Virus record (IMG/VR): IMGVR_UViG_3300037755_000192
Location: 1 to 26,085 of that record
Source of the DNA: a virus
Taxonomy: Duplodnaviria; Caudoviricetes
Length of the DNA: 26,085 bases
Reading direction: 5' to 3' (one strand)
The translations under genes were made by a program, and so were the position numbers. The notes beneath the pieces were generated by a model. The model made no database searches, had not been told where the DNA came from, and saw nothing but the letters and a program-made list of their open reading frames with translations. Shown here one piece after another: positions 24,265 through 26,085 of this stretch. Every line of letters starts with the position of its first letter. Within the stretch, counting starts at the first letter, position 1.

Positions 24265-24674
24265 TCCGGCTGGCTCAGGTCTTCACACATCACGACGAAG
24301 CCCCTGTACTGCTCGGACTTCAGCTCGCCGATGCGGGCTACCTTGAACTCGGCCAGCGCGGCCTTGGCGGCGTCGCGGCCCTTGACATCGAACAGGGCGG
24401 ACAGGGCGGCGCGGCAGTCTTCGATGCCGTATTCCTTTTCCTTGGCCGGGGCGGTCTTCTTGGGGCGCCCGGGTTTCTTTTTCTCAACGGCAGGCACCGG
24501 ACTGGTGCCACAATCCTCTTCAAGATCGCCCTTGGCGGACCCGACTGCCGGCTCGGCTGCTGGAACTACTACTGCGGGTTCCTTCGCAGATCCTGCCCGG
24601 GGACGCCCGGCAATCAGGTCCGCCAAAAACTCTTGCGCCTCTTCAACCGTCTTGAAATCGAACGTCAGCAGCAT
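24261..24674 (-). CDS. Hypothetical early protein with Pro/Lys-rich linker and helical C-terminal domain (typical upstream neighbour of DUF2800)
   Basis: GGAG RBS and ATG 24674, just downstream of a consensus promoter. Confidence 0.7.
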   Translation of the reverse strand: MLLTFDFKTVEEAQEFLADLIAGRPRAGSAKEPAVVVPAAEPAVGSAKGDLEEDCGTSPVPAVEKKKPGRPKKTAPAKEKEYGIEDCRAALSALFDVKGRDAAKAALAEFKVARIGELKSEQYRGFVVMCEDLSQPE

Positions 24675-24702
24675 TTCTTTTTCTCCGTTGCAGTGTGTTG
24701 TC

Positions 24703-24732
24703 AGAATAAAATCGCGTTGCCATAATGTCAAC
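24703..24732 (-). promoter_or_regulatory. Sigma70 promoter (TTGACA-17-TATTCT) with 17-bp operator-like palindrome GTTGACATTATGGCAAC
   Basis: -35 at 24731-24726, -10 at 24708-24703, palindrome at 24716-24732. Confidence 0.75.
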
Positions 24733-24735
24733 ACG

Positions 24736-25998
24736 TTACCCAAACAGATTGCTAAAATCCCGCGTCTTGCGGCGCACCACGCGCTGGATTTGTTCGTCCA
24801 GCGAGCCGGCCATGCCGACGAATCGCACCGTAACCCGGCGATCCTGATTGATATTTTGCAGCCGCATGGCGGCTTGGGCATTCTCGCCTGGCACCCATGA
24901 GGACTCGACGAACAGCGCATTTGAGGCGACGGACAGGTCTATCGCGGTACCTGCAGCGAGTATCTGCCCAATGAACACCCGGCAGCGCGGGTCGTCTTTG
25001 AATGTCCGCAAGGCCTGCTCGCGTTGGCGCGGCGTGTCGCCGCCGGCGACCGATACCGGACTGAAACCCATCAGCGCACGCTTGAGGCCTTCCAGCACCT
25101 CGCGGTGATAGGTGAACAGGACAATCTTGTCCATGTTCTCGTCCAGCTCGGCGCGCACCAGATAGGCCACCTGGCCGACCTTGGCAAGCCCAGTGTACCG
25201 GCGCAGGGTCGCCACGGCGGGCGCCTGCATCTCGAGGGCAGCCATAGGGTCGGGCGCGTTGAGCGCGTCGCGCAGGGCGGGGCAGTCAAGCGGGCCGGCT
25301 TCGCGCGGCAGTTCTATCGTGTAGTCGGACAATTCGATCGGGGGCAGTTCAGGGGCAATCTCGGCGAATTTGCGGCGTAGCATGAAGCCAGCCATCAGTT
25401 CCTTCAGCTTCTCGTGGTTCTTAGAGCCGCGGATCTGCGTGCCATACGGGCCCTGGAACACAACACAAAACTCACGCAGAAAATCTTCATATGTGCCCGC
25501 GTAGAGCCCGCACACGTACAGCATTTGCCACAGCTCCCCGTAGTGGTTCACCGCCGGTGTGCCAGACAGGAACCACGCGAACGTAGCGCGATGAATCAGC
25601 CCGCCCTTGCCCAGTATTATCTTCGTGCGGCCGGCCTCACAGCGGCGCAAGTAGTGGGACTCGTCGAGAATAACCAGATCCCAATACTCGTCGGCTACCT
25701 GGGCGGCGAGATCGTAGGACGTGACGACAATAGAGCCAAGACGCGGCTCACTGCGGCGCAGCGCAATCTGCGGGCGGCGGCCAAGGTGCTCTTGTATATT
25801 GCGCGCCCAATTGAACCGCGCGACGGCCGGGCAGACCACAAGAATATCCTCGGCTTCGATATGCCGGGCGGCCTCGAGCGCGGTCAGCGTCTTCCCGACG
25901 CGCATCTCGTCAGCCAGCAGCGCGTGCCTTTTCTTGGCAAGCCAGGCCGCGCCGGATACTTGGTGGGGTTTTAGCGCGGGAATAATGAACTCGGTCAT
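24736..25998 (-). CDS. SNF2-family (SF2) helicase
   Basis: LKPHQ, LADEMRVGKT, VVCPA, ILDESH, LSGTP, GTAIDL and QAAMRL. The start at ATG 25998 follows the upstream stop. Confidence 0.9.
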   Translation of the reverse strand: MTEFIIPALKPHQVSGAAWLAKKRHALLADEMRVGKTLTALEAARHIEAEDILVVCPAVARFNWARNIQEHLGRRPQIALRRSEPRLGSIVVTSYDLAAQVADEYWDLVILDESHYLRRCEAGRTKIILGKGGLIHRATFAWFLSGTPAVNHYGELWQMLYVCGLYAGTYEDFLREFCVVFQGPYGTQIRGSKNHEKLKELMAGFMLRRKFAEIAPELPPIELSDYTIELPREAGPLDCPALRDALNAPDPMAALEMQAPAVATLRRYTGLAKVGQVAYLVRAELDENMDKIVLFTYHREVLEGLKRALMGFSPVSVAGGDTPRQREQALRTFKDDPRCRVFIGQILAAGTAIDLSVASNALFVESSWVPGENAQAAMRLQNINQDRRVTVRFVGMAGSLDEQIQRVVRRKTRDFSNLFG

Positions 25999-26003
25999 TA
26001 TGT

Positions 26004-26085
26004 TTAACGCTCGTCCATCGCGGCGTCTATGGCTTCTCGTGCTGAGTTTCGCCACTTGTTCTTCTCAATCCAGAATGAAGTTGAA
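26004..26085 (-). CDS. 3' end of an upstream phage hypothetical gene (...WRNSAREAIDAAMDER*)
   Basis: Open frame from the window edge to TAA 26006-26004. REAIDAAM is a frequent ending of small phage proteins. Confidence 0.55.
   Translation of the reverse strand, partial: STSFWIEKNKWRNSAREAIDAAMDER

Noticed and set aside
25890-25915. Helicase inactivation because Walker A reads DEMRVGKT
   Set aside because: GKT, DESH and the other motifs are intact. A single variable-position change is not enough evidence.

Overview
About 26 kb from the middle of a temperate, GC-rich podovirus-like phage in its excised (attP-intact) form. The + strand arm (1-10940) is late/structural. It encodes a tail tubular B/nozzle-like protein with 43-aa tandem repeats, a GNAT-like protein, three internal-virion (ejection) proteins including a large LPD38-type protein, a T7-gp17-anchored beta-helix tailspike, and a holin/M15-peptidase lysis cassette. 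The - strand arm is early/replication, with an APSE-like gene set: SNF2 helicase, DUF2800 Cas4-like nuclease, DUF2815 SSB, metallophosphoesterase, PolA, Prim-Pol/helicase, a C5 methyltransferase with a nested alternate-frame beta subunit, an Xis-like HTH, an MT-A70 methyltransferase and a secreted lytic transglycosylase. Between the arms lie attP (3' half of tRNA-Lys(CTT) with paired arm repeats) and a tyrosine integrase preceded by two tiny envelope-protein genes. The main unannotated signals are a 97-nt six-way-junction RNA candidate at 21132-21228, a 17-bp GTTG-N9-CAAC operator over the -35 box of three promoters, a secreted 6-Cys peptide plus membrane peptide operon coupled to int, and several sub-60-aa ORFs missing from the ORF track. 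Family assignments come from motif recognition by eye; no database searches were run.
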